Below are positions 1 to 12,930 of a DNA stretch of 41,400 bases, piece after piece (position 1 is the stretch's first letter; the number at the start of each line of letters is the position of its first letter). Position numbers and translations under genes: made by a program. The stretch is from positions 1 to 41,400 of the forward strand of contig NW_021835342.1 of NCBI RefSeq assembly GCF_006345805.1, given 5' to 3'. The notes beneath the pieces were generated by a model. That model saw only the letters and a program-made list of their open reading frames with translations. It was not told where the DNA came from and did no database searches. This stretch comes from Octopus sinensis (taxonomy: Eukaryota).

Positions 1-288
1 CTCTTAATCGTCATCCTCACTGTTTAGTACCCACTTTTCCAAGCTCACATGGGTCGGATGGAAATTGTTGAGGCCCGAAAATCTTAAGGCTGGATGCCCT
101 TCCTTTCGCCAACCATCATCCGTTCCCAAGTAAGATAATTTTTACTCATAACGAGACATCTTTCGGAAGATTGGCGACATGGAGACACAGCTTGCAACTA
201 TCACGTGATGACTAGGCAGAGTAACAAACACACATATACATAAACTTGCACACGTACACAGACACGCACACACACACATAAGACATGC

Positions 289-322
<34 letters not shown>

Positions 323-324
323 GT

Positions 325-360
<36 letters not shown>

Positions 361-361
<1 letters not shown>

Positions 362-738
362 ATTAATAGTTATCGCCATACTTATATGGCAGTCTTATAA
401 ATATAAGACTAAAGCTGTCGCTGATTAACTCCAAAAGGCCACCGCCTCAAGCTAGCTATTTGACACACAACCTGCGTCCATTATAAACCTTTGAACAGGG
501 GAGGTCAGCCGCTTCATCCTGCCAGCCAGACAGCTGCAGACATGTTTCAGGGTATTTGCCCTTTCGGACGCAGGTTGTGTGTCAAATAGCTAGCTTGAGG
601 CGATGGCCTCTTGGAGCTAATCAGCGACAGCTTTAGTCTTATATTTATAAGACTGCCCTATAAGTATGGCGATAACTATTAATTTCCAGTAACGCTACCG
701 TAATCTCCTTTAGAGAGACTTAGTAATTTTAATATTTC

Positions 739-745
<7 letters not shown>
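361..745. mobile_element. PLE-like fold-back (inverted pLTR fragment) in (TA)n
   Basis: Arms 361-479 and 566-684 are reverse complements (4 mismatches in 119 nt). The right arm has a ~60 nt extension, both sides are flanked by (TA)n, and the spacer contains a truncated hammerhead. Confidence 0.75.
534..565 (-). ncRNA. 5'-truncated minimal hammerhead ribozyme
   Basis: Minus strand reads GA-A-AGGG caaata CCCT-GAAA-CATG-TC-tgcag: stem II, GAAA, palindromic stem III (ACATGT) and a GUC site. CUGAN is lost at the inversion junction. Confidence 0.6.
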
Positions 746-783
<38 letters not shown>

Positions 784-784
784 C

Positions 785-925
785 AGCGGAGTTCTTTCAG
801 TTTCCGTCCACCAGACAAGTCTTAAGTCGGTCCGGAGCAACTGTGGTAGATAAGTGTCCGAAGGGGCCACGTAGGCAAAGTGAAACTGAAACCATGTCGT
901 TAGGAAGCAAGCTGCGTACCACATA
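785..925 (-). mobile_element. SINE family C, 5' (tRNA-like) half
   Basis: Matches the head of the full copy at 20846-21217 (ttctttcagtttccgtc...aaccatgt...gaagcaagct...accaca). Confidence 0.75.
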
Positions 926-1224
926 GTCACGCTTATATGTGTGTGTGTGTGCATGTATGTATATACATATACATATATTATTTATATTATTATATACATA
1001 CATATATATACATAAATACACAACTATGTGGATTCTCTCTCATATTTGTGTATTAATAATATTTACTGAATCTCAGTCTTTTTGCGCTAGGCCACTGGTG
1101 TTTAAATTGATGTTATTGAATTAATATCCATTTTTCCACCCTCATTTGACTTTAATTATATACATAAATACAAACACACACAACATACACACACACACAC
1201 ACACACACACCACACATATATATA

Positions 1225-1268
<44 letters not shown>

Positions 1269-1619
1269 TTATATATATATATATATTTCATGAATGAATC
1301 ACTATTCAAACAATATTTATATACAAATTATTATCAATTATGAGTAGTAGTACAATAAATAATAACAACAATAATATGTGGCCAGCAAGCAAATCCAATA
1401 AATCCGATAAATAGTAAATCACAAATTTTATACTTAATTTATAATTATAATAGGGCACACGTAGTACCAGCATTGCTGTAAAAATGAGAGTCAAAAATTC
1501 CTCTAATAAACCACCAGTCACTGGAATTACAACAGGCACAACAGAAATCGGATGACGTATATATATATAATAGACAAATATATATATATATCTATATAAA
1601 TAGACAAATAAATTAGAAA

Positions 1620-1905
1620 TGAACCACAATCTTTTACAAGCTATGACCCCAGTGGGCTTCATGCCTTTCTTGGAAGTGTAGTCTATTCTCAGCTACAATA
1701 GCAACAACTTGGATTTCTTCCATCTTCTTGCTCTGTTAAAGTATTTGAGAAAAATTATATTAATGTGTCCAAGTGATTAAAATTCTATTTATTTGTGCAA
1801 CTGAAGATAGCCCTGCATTTAAATTGATGTAATGATGGCATGTTCAATTAAAGAGTCACCTGAAACGATCATACTGCATCACTTCTTGATATCCTCTGGC
1901 TTATT
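1620..1905 (+). mobile_element. PLE 3' end fragment (GIY-YIG C-terminus plus HHR)
   Basis: One frame reads FTSYDPSGLH, resembling the 'LxTxxPxGLN' tail of PLE GIY-YIG endonucleases. A hammerhead motif follows, and the fragment is flanked by (TA)n. Confidence 0.55.
1796..1878 (+). ncRNA. Degenerate type I hammerhead ribozyme
   Basis: tgcaa-CTGAAGA-(long stem II)-GAAA-CGATCA-TA-ctgca. Stem I tgca/tgca; stem III is one substitution from the palindrome CGATCG. Confidence 0.6.
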
Positions 1906-1948
1906 TTGATTATATGTATATATATATATATATATTATATATATAATA

Positions 1949-2000
<52 letters not shown>

Positions 2001-2148
2001 GGGGGATAAATCCTTAAATCCTTAAAAATGTTTTAGCCCGAAGGCCGCGGCCATGCTGGGGCACCACCGCTGATAGTTCACGAATAAACAAAAGACGAAG
2101 ACTGGTGGTGTACAAAAAATTAGTATAATGCCCAGGAATAGAAAAAGT

Positions 2149-2184
2149 CTTTTACGTTTCGAGCCTACGCTCTTCTACAGAAAG
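2149..2184 (-). ncRNA. Minimal hammerhead ribozyme, core variant CUGUAGA
   Basis: Minus strand: cttt-CTGTAGA-a-gagc gtag gctc-GAAA-CG-TA-aaag. Lies within a (TA)n-flanked fragment at ~2075-2260. Confidence 0.7.
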
Positions 2185-3837
2185 GGACACAGAAAAAAAC
2201 AAGGTGAGAAACAAGAAGAGAAACAAAATGGGTGTAGTGACTAACGATCTATAATGACAATATATATATATATATATTAATTTAATTGGTTTGTTGTCAC
2301 CTTTGCGGCGCAGTGCAGGCAAACGATGAGCGCAGAAGTGATCCACAGTGGCACATAGTCAGGTGGAGATCTTGATAGACATCTAAGTTCTGATATCTTC
2401 CAAAGAACACGAAGCTATTTCAGTTATACCCCACTGTAGAGACGGAGAGGAAATGTGTCTTACTGGTGGAGTAGAGCATTCGGTTCAAAAATTGACCATT
2501 TATATGTGGGATAACTTCACTTAAGAAGAAAAGGCAAATGGGAGATGTTGCAGTCAATAACGGAAATATTAACAACAACAAGGAGTTGGGCAAGGGAGAA
2601 AGTCCATAACAACAGCCACTCCATCTCTTTCTACAACAGTATCACTTGCAACTCCAAGAATCCGTGGATGACCGGAGCAGAAGCAGAGATAATCAGAATC
2701 GTACACCCCTCGAAACCGCCAGCGTCAAAGGTCAAGATGAAACAGGCTCCCGAGTATCTGGAGCTCAAGGCCGGACAAATGCTCCGAATAGTATTTCTCA
2801 CCCTCGTCTTAGGGAGACAGGGATGAGGTGGTGTCTAGAGAAAACGGAAAGATAACAGAAAGAGAAGGAGCACAAAAAAGATGGGCCCAAAATAAAGACA
2901 AGTAGGGCGCCAGAGGTTTTCCACAAAAAGGCACGGGTTGTTGTTCAGAGCCACAATAACTGATAATCGCTAGCTAAAGAAGTGATATTTGGTGGAAGGT
3001 ATACTTCGCCGTTCGGATAAAACCGAATATAATCACTGGTAAATTAAGAAGACTCGGGCTACAATGGAGCATAAAGTGATTTGAGTCGTAGAGTAAGATT
3101 CTACATCCTTGATTAGAGCTGAAGAGATCAGATAAGGCTGAAAAATATCCGGAGTTGTGTTTCCTATTTGTCGGGAAAGAGGAAACGATATTGAGTGTTG
3201 AATAATATCGCTTCCATTATTTCTATCTGGATTTCGCAATGCCCCGTGCAGTTAAGATCAAACCAAAGAACTACCGTTTACATTTACTTAAAGATTATTT
3301 GATGACTACTTCGACAAATAAAATAAAGGCCTGTGTATAAATGAAGAGGTCAAAATTAAATCGAAACATACCCAGAGTTGTCTACCGCAATCACCCCAAA
3401 AATTAAAATACTATATGACATTGATTAATTTTCGTTTCTTTTTTTTTTAGTACAAATTTATTTTTACTTGGTCCCTTAAAGCTTCGCTAATTAAATATCT
3501 CAATTACAACTTAGTGATCTGTTTGTCTACTCGCCTCACTACATATTCATTTCCAGTTAGGCACTTAATATTTTATTTACAATAACAAGATAAGTTTACC
3601 AATCTATCTATCTACCTCACCACAGACTTATTTCTAATTAGCTTGTTAACGTCTCATACATTAGATATGTTACAATATCTTCTCTGTTTGTCTGTCTGTC
3701 ACACAAAATATTGACTGCTAATTAATTACTTAATATCCTTTCCATAGATTAAATGTCCTACCAGTGGCTTACATATCCATCTAACTTACCATCATTCATT
3801 TCAAGTTAACATATTTAATACTCTTTACATGGAGTGT

Positions 3838-4145
3838 TGTGAACGCGCGTGCCCTAGTGGTTAGTATGTTCCAATCACGATCACAAGATCCTGGTTTCAA
3901 CTCTCGAACTGGGCAGTGTGCTGTGTTCTTGAGCAAAACCCTTGACTCCAGTCCCCTGTACAGTAACCGTGGGACGGACTGGACTCCCCTTTTGAGTTAC
4001 TTTTATAATCCTGGTCAATTCTACGCCATAGACATCTCCGCCGAGTCTGCAAGGTGACATCATTTGGAATCTACAACATTGTAAAGAAGCGCATTGTGAC
4101 CAGCGGTATATAGCAACATCCAACTGAGTAGTCGATACAGTGGTA
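3838..4145 (+). mobile_element. Diverged tRNA-headed SINE-like repeat
   Basis: A-box/B-box-like head (ccctagtggttagt...ggtttcaactc). Its 3' part 4050-4145 is the reverse complement of the repeat at 8818-8920. Confidence 0.55.
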
Positions 4146-4217
4146 TTAAAAGCTAACTCTAACATACCTCTATCCACCTATCGAAAGTTACGTTACTTCA
4201 TTATTAAATATAATTAC

Positions 4218-4264
<47 letters not shown>

Positions 4265-4411
4265 CGGGACCGGATTTATGTATGGTCAATATGAACCCTA
4301 GGCCTCTTTAACTCGAGTAATTCTAAAGCGTCGAGTTAAAAATTAAAAATATATATTCACAGCAATCAAATGAGTTATTTGTAATTTTTACTTGTTTAAT
4401 TATTTTTAATC

Positions 4412-4574
4412 CAGGCGTGGCTGTGTGGTAAGAAGGTTGCTTCCCAACCACATATTTCCGGGTTCAGCCCTACCAAATGGCACCTTGGGTGAGTGTCTTC
4501 TCCTCGGGCTGATCAAAGTTTTTGTGAGTGAATTTGGTAGACGGAAACTGAAAGAAGCCCGTCGTATATATATA
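4412..4574 (+). mobile_element. SINE family C, 5' half (split copy)
   Basis: tRNA-like head ggcgtggctgtgtggtaagaag...gggttcag...gaagcccgtcg followed by (TA)n. The matching 3' half resumes at 6392. Confidence 0.8.
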
Positions 4575-4795
4575 CAAATTATGGGGGTTTAGTTCACAGG
4601 TGATCTAAACGATTACGTATGCTAGGTGAGTGCTGTATCGGATTACTAGGACTCCAACGAAGGTTATAGCCGAGACGGTAGTTATGGAGCCATTGCAGAT
4701 TTCCGATATAGAGGATATATAATTGTTAAACAGGACGTCAAACGTTAAGGCAAGGCAAACATCTCAAGCCATATGCAATAGGAAGAAATTCAAAA

Positions 4796-4849
4796 TCTTA
4801 CAGTTGTTTCTGGGATATCCCTGAGTATGAGATATTCCGTCATCAGAGA
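4796..4849 (-). ncRNA. Minimal type I hammerhead ribozyme in PLE-like fragment (~4578-4870)
   Basis: Minus strand: tct-CTGATGA-cggaatatctc atactca gggatatccca-GAAA-CAACTG-TA-aga. Canonical core and GUA site. Confidence 0.8.
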
Positions 4850-4868
4850 CAAATAAGGAAAATGAGAA

Positions 4869-4899
<31 letters not shown>

Positions 4900-5012
4900 T
4901 ATATATATATATATATATATATCATATATATATGAGAATGCATCGTAGCTCTTAGCTCCGACATTGAAACTCTGAGTCCTATTATGACAACCTACTGATT
5001 GTCCTAAAACTA

Positions 5013-5113
<101 letters not shown>

Positions 5114-5169
5114 GATAGATAGATAGATAGATAGATAGATATACATACATACATATGTATGTATGTACA

Positions 5170-5853
5170 CAGGGTGGCTACAAAGTCACGCACCATGTTA
5201 GGTAATCCATTACAAATGTTCAAAGTGTTGGCCATGTAGCTCTAAACAAGTGTTGATACGGAATTTGAAATTGCAATGAACCCCCTCAAAAAGCTCTTCA
5301 TTGTCGTTCGCTTGTTCACACGCTTCAACAATTCTTTGAAGATGTCCTTGGTCATGAATCTTTTCAGAAAACACAAGGGATTTAATGTAGCTCCAGAAGA
5401 AAAGTCCATGGGAATTAAACCTTGTGACCGTGGTGCCTATTCAATTGGCCCACGGCGCCCGAGCCATCTCCCTGGAAAATATATATATATATATATCACG
5501 AACCTGTAATACATAATGGGGCGGAACCCCATTATGTATTTCATAATCCATCTGAAACCAGACATTCCTAGTGAATGCACGTGAGGCATCATCTTGTTGG
5601 AAAGCATGTTCAAATACAGATCACTTATCACAGAGCCCTCAAAATAAAATGGTCCAATTATTTGATTGTGCCAGATCCCACACCACACCATTACCTTGTC
5701 CCCCCCCCCGCCTTGTTGATTGTCTGCCTCCATCCAATGAGGATTGGTTTGTGAGTAATATCAGCAGTTGTGGGAAGATATTAAAAAGGAGAATGTTAGC
5801 AATTTCACATATTGCAGGATGGTGCATGGCTTTAATACTTTATGACCACCCTG
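5170..5853 (-). mobile_element. Internally deleted Tc1/mariner DNA transposon (rosa/DD41D- or maT-like) with transposase pseudogene
   Basis: TIRs CAGGGTGGCTACAAAGT / ACTTTATGACCACCCTG. Minus-strand peptides VMVWCGIWHNQIIGPFYFEG, FPGRWLGRRGPIE*APRS (degenerate WPPRSPDL region) and terminal HGQHFEHL*. Confidence 0.85.
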
Positions 5854-5929
5854 TATGACCCCCTGTATATATATATATATATAATATATAGATATATTAT
5901 ATATATGTGTGTGTGTGGGGGGGTGTATG

Positions 5930-6340
5930 TGTATAAAAAAACACAAACTGGGACAAGAACGCAAAACATTTAGAAGACGATACAAAAAACACGGACGGGA
6001 CATTCGAAGCCTTCAATCTTCAGTCAAGAACCGGATCATCCTCGCAATTTCGGCTGATTAATCTTGAGATTGCTCCGACCTGGCCAGCCCCAAAGGAACA
6101 TCTAAGCCAAGCGCATTAGATTCCTTGGAAGAAAACCTCGAATGTATACAAAACAAGGACGAGAACGAATAAGAATACAAAAATACGTAAAAATAATGAT
6201 AACACGAATAAGAATACGAAAATACGTAAAAACAATAATGATAATAATAATAACAAAAACAGGACGTCACAGACAGGCGTCTTTTCGACAGGACGGGTGA
6301 ACTTGAGCTGGCGCAATGGAAAAATGCCTTGAGGCGATAG

Positions 6341-6345
<5 letters not shown>
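5930..6345. mobile_element. Unclassified microsatellite-inserted repeat (PLE-like)
   Basis: Flanked by (TA)n/(TG)n, with an internal duplication of acgaataagaatac(a/g)aaaatacgtaaaaa. No coding motif recognised. Confidence 0.35.
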
Positions 6346-6377
<32 letters not shown>

Positions 6378-6391
6378 TATATACATTTATA

Positions 6392-6583
6392 TGTGTGTTT
6401 GTCCCCCCAATATCACTTGACATCCGATGTTGGTGTGTTTACGTCCTTGTAACTTAGCCGTTTGGCATAAGAGACCGATAGACTAAGGTTTACAAAGAAT
6501 AAGTCCAGAGGTCGATTTTTTCGACTAAAAGGTAGTGCCCCAGCATGGCTACAGTCAAATGATTGAAACAAATAAAAGAATAA
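6392..6583 (+). mobile_element. SINE family C, 3' half (split copy)
   Basis: gtttgtccccccaa...gtaacttagc...gtgccccagcatggc...gtcaaatga..gaaacaa matches the tail of 20846-21060. Confidence 0.85.
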
Positions 6584-7217
6584 AGGATTAGAGTTCTTTT
6601 GAAATAATTGAGCCCTCTCTTGATTACTGGGCCTTGATTTATTGGGCCCCTTTAAATATAAAAAAAAGGCTATTAAATTTAACTGCATCCCTCTGCATAT
6701 GCTGAAGCTCATTTAAGTTTAGAAAACCTCTTAAAACTGTTTGGAGCCCATAGTTTTAATTGATTTTTCTTTATTATCGTATGGTTTAAATTAGCAAAAT
6801 CGTAGGATGCCCTATATATATGCCTATTGATGTAGATATGGCAGAGTGTATAATTTGGCTTTGCAATCAAGAAGTTCTGGGTTGAAATTCCTCTACGTAA
6901 TAATTTGGATAACTGTTTTATATTAACTTCTGAATAAAATTGGGAAAATGGAAACTATAAAGAAGCCTTCTGGATTAGTTGAACCTGTAATTCAACGAGC
7001 GAGCCTCTCTATTACACATAATGTCACTCTGATTCTATAAGATTATATTTGGGATGCACTTCCGTGGAATACTCGACTACGTAATCCATACCGCAATGAA
7101 TAGAAGGTCCAGGGGATTGGTCCACTGGGGAAGCATTGACGAAATTGGCGGCCATACTGCTTCTGTAGCTCTACTGTTTACTTCTTACGAATATCTGGAG
7201 TAATGGATATACCTCGG

Positions 7218-7498
7218 CAGGTTGTGAGTTCGATTCTTTACCGCGCGTTGTGTCCTTAAGCAAAACACTTTATTTCACGTTGTTCCAATCCACTCAGCTG
7301 GCAAAAATAAGTTGTACCTGTAATTCAATGGGCCAGCCTAGTCGTAGACTGTGTCACGCTGAATGTCCCCGAGAACTACAATAAGGGTACACATGTATGT
7401 GGACTGCTCAGCCACTTGCACATTACTTCCGCGATCAAGCTGTTCTGTTGATCGGATGGCTCAACTGGAACCCTGGTCGTTGTAACCGACGGAGTCCC
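7218..7498 (+). mobile_element. SINE family A copy
   Basis: gagttcgattc...ttgtgtcctt...ccactcagctggcaaaaa...gtaaccgacggagt, matching 15063-15387. Confidence 0.85.
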
Positions 7499-8235
7499 CA
7501 GGGAATAGATATATCTAATCTATGAACGATATTTCCTGTTTCGAGTGCGATTGAACAGTTGGAGGTTCATGATATCTTCTTACTGAGATCAAATCGATAA
7601 TAACAAAGCTGTCTCTTCCCTTCATACAGACACACTGCCACACGCAGACACTCACAAACACACGCAGCGACACGTAAACACACACACGCAGCAATACGTA
7701 AACACATACACACGCAGTTGCACACACTAATGCACACATACACAAGCATGCGCACACAAAGATACATATACAGGTTAGCAAATACGCACATTCGCACTTG
7801 CATATAATATAATTCACACACACAACACACACACACACACACACACACACAAGAAGTAAACAGATAACTTTTCTGTTTCTTGATTGCTAAACTCCCAAAA
7901 CAGCGAAGCTCAAAGAAAAAAAAAACTGGAAGGCTGGGGAGAGATACAGAGAGAGAGAAGGGGGTGCGAAGAGAGCATGACAGCATGACCAGGCAGGGAG
8001 CCCCTTTGAACATAGGTCGACTCAATTTTGATGGTCTTAGGGTTAAACACCAACTAAAGTAGACAGATTGGTGAAAATACCTCGCCCGACTAAATACCCA
8101 AGCTAAAGGGGCCATATTCCGTTCTTTTGTAACCTTCAAATACAGGCACCAGAAAACGAAGAATTTCTAAATGCTTTTCATCACCTCACACCACACGACT
8201 CTGCGACCTCGCTCCGCAAGTTTAGCCTCCACACC

Positions 8236-8470
8236 AGCGTTTCTCAACCATTGTTTTACCCATGGACTCCTTTGGTTTCTACTGCACTCGCATGGACCTT
8301 TCTCATTTCATTTTTTTTTAAATCCTATTATATTTTTACGATTAAAAATTGTTACGAATCGTGTAAGAAAAAAATCGTTAAAACATTTTGTGTATTGTAG
8401 AAAGAGAAGCAATATATTGCAAATAAATTCTAACAACAAATCTTTTGTGAACCCCAGTAGAGAAGTACTG
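8236..8470. mobile_element. hAT-like MITE (uninterrupted paralog of 32206-32813)
   Basis: Starts CAGCGTTTCTCAACC and ends GTAGAGAAGTACTG. The interior aligns by eye with 32206-32319 plus 32695-32813. Confidence 0.6.
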
Positions 8471-8782
8471 CGCTACATAGTCATCCTGATAGAAATAACC
8501 CCCAAACATTCCTCAAATCATACCTGGCCGTCTTAAAAATTATATAAATAAATTAGATAATAATTGTTTTGGCTGACAGGAAACGACGGAAAGGTTTCAG
8601 ATGGAATGTCGACTGTTATCAGGGTTCTGATAAACTAAGTCTGATACGGATTTAAGCAACAGCCAATCATTAAATATCAAATCCCATTTAAGGAGGATGT
8701 GCGGCCATCTTTAAACATGACAGTAAAAAATAATCCAATTCTAACTACACAATTCATCTTACGACACAGCCACGCCTGTGCC

Positions 8783-8820
<38 letters not shown>

Positions 8821-8920
8821 TGTGATCACCGCGACCGACCAGGTTATCAGATGTTGCTACACATCGCTGGTCACAATGCGCTTCGCATTGTTTTAGCCTT
8901 CAAATGACGCCACCCCGCTG

Positions 8921-9040
8921 ATAGAAATGGCAAGACAACAAAAGAAAGAAAGAGACCTCGATATTGTGTAAATATAGGAATTTATCTGTAAATGTAATAC
9001 GTGGCAATTATTCGGTAGCCAAGATAAAACTCCGAGTTTC
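8921..9040 (-). mobile_element. PLE-like 3' fragment, same family as 24942-25125
   Basis: Near identical to 24942-25062 and ends exactly at the GAAAC of that family's hammerhead. Confidence 0.65.
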
Positions 9041-9057
9041 CTTGTTATATCCAATGC

Positions 9058-9280
9058 GTGAAGGTGCGCAGTTTAGTGGGTAGCGTACTCGGTTCACTAT
9101 TATAAGGTCGTGAGTTCGATACCCGGCCACGCGTTGTGTCATTGAGCAAGACTCTTTATTGCACGTCGTTCGAGCCCACTCAGCTGGCAAAAATGAGTTG
9201 TACCTGTATTTCAAAGGTTCAGTCTTATCGACTTCTGTGTAACAACACCGAATCTCCCTGAAAGCTATGTTAAGGGTATG
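9058..9280 (+). mobile_element. SINE family A copy (3'-truncated)
   Basis: gtgaaggtgcgcagtttagtgg...gagttcgatacccgg...ccactcagctggcaaaaatgagttgtacctgtatttc. Confidence 0.8.
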
Positions 9281-9764
9281 GATATCACGTTAATAGGTTG
9301 TTCCACTCATCGACTCAACTGGGACACCCATTATCATAACCGAATGGGAGCCAGTTTCTATATCCAATTCTGTTTCCTTGAGACAATGCCAGTTCTCTAC
9401 GAATTCCTTTTTGCCCACGATTCTGCTTGCAGTCGTCAGCCTGTTATCATTCAAATTGAACGTCAAATGCCTCATCTCCAATTGGATAGCAAGGACGCTA
9501 AATTTCATGTGTGTTGTCCCTTTTTCTTGATTAAGAGAAAAATAAATAAATAAATAAATAAATAAATATTGCACACAGGAATTAAGTGTATTGAAATCAT
9601 TAAAAAGCAACAACAACAACAACAACAATAATCACTATTAAACCTGATTAATAAAGGTTTATTTATATTATTACAACAATACAATTAATTACATGGACAA
9701 AATGAAATCGCTTTTTTTATGTTTTTTGTTTTTTGTGCAAACTCTCCTATTTATAGTCGCCCAC

Positions 9765-9981
9765 ACATGTATGCACATACATACATACATACATACATAT
9801 ATACAAACAAACATACATACATACATACATACATACATACATACATACATGGATGCATGCATGCATACATACATACATACATACATACATACATACATAC
9901 ATACATACATACATACATACACACATACATATATACAAACATACATACATGCATGCATGCATACATCCATCGATACATACA

Positions 9982-10013
<32 letters not shown>

Positions 10014-10331
10014 CATACATACATGTAGAAGCTGATGTATGCGAACAAATGAACAAAATACATACGTACATATATGGGCAAGGTATTCACACATACATAC
10101 ATACATCATATGCACGTACAGGTAAGTTGAAACATACATAAATAGTGTATGCATACACCTGTGTAGAATCTCCATTGTAGATACATATATAGGCACAAAT
10201 TTGCAGAAATATACATACATACATGTATTTAGACATATATGTACATTCATGCTTCTGTGCACATGTCCATATATACATAGAAGTGTACCCACATATACAA
10301 ACATTCAATCATACATGCATTCATACATGAA

Positions 10332-10365
<34 letters not shown>

Positions 10366-10605
10366 CATACCTACATACATACAAGCAATCATAAAAACAT
10401 ATACATATATACAAACATACATATATACATACATACATGCATGCATACATACAAACATACATAATAACATACATACAAGCAAAGATATAACATATACACA
10501 TATACATAAACATACATAGGTACATATACATACATACATACATAATAACATACATAATAACATATATACATGCATGCATACATACATACATACATACACT
10601 CATAC
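9765..10605. repeat. Long degenerate (TACA)n microsatellite
   Basis: Directly visible tetranucleotide array; source of many spurious MYVC/HTYI ORFs. Confidence 0.95.
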
Positions 10606-10845
10606 GTAGAAGTGCTTTTTGTTAGAAATATATACACTCCTCTAAGCTACAGTTAGCTCTATTACAAGAGGTCTCATTGATTAGTTCGGTGTTTTTTAAA
10701 GCCAGTTTTATCAACATATAACCTCAATCATGTGGCAAACCCAACGCTGTTTGTTTGTCTTCATATTGCTATATTTTTCTACACCAATGCATTATATTGA
10801 CTTTTTCCACTAAAACAAGTTTGTTTGTAATTATTATTATTATTA

Positions 10846-10883
<38 letters not shown>

Positions 10884-10918
10884 TATTATTATTATTATCA
10901 CTAATATTATTATAAAGT

Positions 10919-12035
10919 AAGGTGGCGAGCTGGCAGAAACGTTAGCACGCCGGGCGAAAAGTGTAGCCGTATTTCGTCTGCCGTTACGTTCTGAGTTCAA
11001 ATTCTGCCGAGGTCGACTTTGCCTTTCATCCTTTCGGGGTCGATAAATTAAGTACCAGTTACGCACTGAGGTCGATATAATCGACTTAATCCTTTTGTCT
11101 GTCCTTGTTTGTCCCCTCTTTGTTTAGCCCCTTGTGGGTAGTAAAGAAATAGGTATTTCCTTCGTTTTCACGTTCTGAGTTGAAATTCCGTCAAGGCTGA
11201 TATTACCTACCATCCTTTCGGGGTCGGGTCAATAAAATAAGTAGCAGTTGAAAGCTGGGGTCGATTTTATTGACTATCCTCCTCTCCTGAAATTGCAATC
11301 CTGCAATTATTTTTATTAAGGCGGCGAGTTAACAGAATCGCTGGCCCGCCGGGTTAAATGCTTAAGAAGCATTTCTGTCTGTCTTTATGTTCTGAGTTCA
11401 AAGGTTGACTTTCCCTTTCATCCCTTTTGAAATCGATAAAATAAGAACCAGTTCAGCATTAGGATTAATGTAATCGATTTCTCCCTCCCCTAAAATTGCG
11501 GGTTTCTTTCCAAAATTAGAAAAAAATATATTAACTTGATTGAAAGAGGTAAATTAGCAGACGAGTTACCACACTGGTCAAAATACTCTCTGCTGGCTGT
11601 ATGCGATCTCGGTTCAAATACCGCCGAAATCGACAATCTCTTTCATCCTTTCTGGGTGGAAGGTGGGGATAAAGTAAATGCCAATCAAGTACTGAGGTTG
11701 AGGTAAGCCTTGTGCTAAAATTAGAAAGAATATTGCTTTCAAATTTAGGCACAAGGCCAGCAATTTTGTGGTCGAGGGCTAAGTAGGTTACATCAACCTC
11801 AGTGCTCAACTACCGCTTATTTTATCGACTCCGAAAAAAGTGAAAGGCAAAGTCGACCTCAGCGGTATTTGAAATCAGAACGTAAAGACGGGCGAAATGC
11901 TGCCAAGCATTTGGTCCGGCGTGCTATTCTGCCGGTTCAACGTTAGAAAAAAAACTAGTTAGAAAGATATCGGTTTTAAATTTTGGAAAAAGGCCAGCAA
12001 TTTCGGAGTGGGAGTAATTCGATCACATCGACCAA
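10919..12035. mobile_element. Cluster of SINE family B copies (two on +, then minus-strand copies)
   Basis: Repeated ggcgagctggcagaaacgttagc...gagttcaaattc..ccgaggtcgactttgcctttcatcctttcggggtcgataaa..agtaccag module at 10919 and 11318 (+), and at ~11590-11945 (-). Confidence 0.8.
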
Positions 12036-12489
12036 TGATCTGAATTGCTAATCGGATTTATCATATTTATTGTGTTAATATTTATTTTATACCAGAAATG
12101 GCTTTAATCACTCCATAAACGGTCAATTAAAGGATGTTTCAGTCTTTCACTTATTATGTCGAAGATTCGATTATTTAAATTGTTTGATAGCTTTGCTCGT
12201 CTTCTTGCGAACCAAAACTGTGTCATGGGACAGAATTACTTACACCGTGGCGTTGTTTGAGCAATGGCAGCCTCTGTCTTAAAATACAATAAAATAGCTG
12301 TCATTCAATAGCGCAATCTTAGCTATACAAGCATATGTGATGGTCATGGCGCAAACGCTTTTGTTTAGTGGCCTGCTCAAACAGGATTGCCAAGAGCTAA
12401 GCAACAGCAACCAAGACCTCCACCACCATCATATCTGGTAATTAACAGGATAAACGGGTGAAGGGCTACGCGAAGGGATGGACATTTTA

Positions 12490-12930
12490 TATGAGCAGAG
12501 AGGTAAGGTGATAGATGAATGGATGGATAACTGGGTGGATGGAAATAAAAGTAGATAAGTGGGTATGTGGATGTGTAGGTATATGGGTTATTGGAGACTG
12601 GATAGGTGAAAGCTTAGATGGGTCGGTGAATGGAGAGAGATGGTTAAACAGATGAGTATATGTGTTCGTTATATAGATTAACAGAGGGACGGTTGGACGA
12701 GCGGGTGGATGGGTGGATGCGGACATAGATGAACAGACAAATAGATGGAAGAATGTAGAGATTGATAGAGGGAAAGATGGAAGGATAAATAAATGGATGG
12801 TTGGATGGTTGTGTTGATGGTAGGTGAATGGTGAAAAGGCGAAATGAATAGGAAAAGATATGTATGTATGTACACACACATGCACACACACACACACACA
12901 CATACATACATATACATATACATACATACA

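Noticed and set aside
5995-6060. Minus-strand CTGAAGA and cagccGAAA motifs
   Set aside because: I could not assemble stems I-III in any hammerhead permutation.
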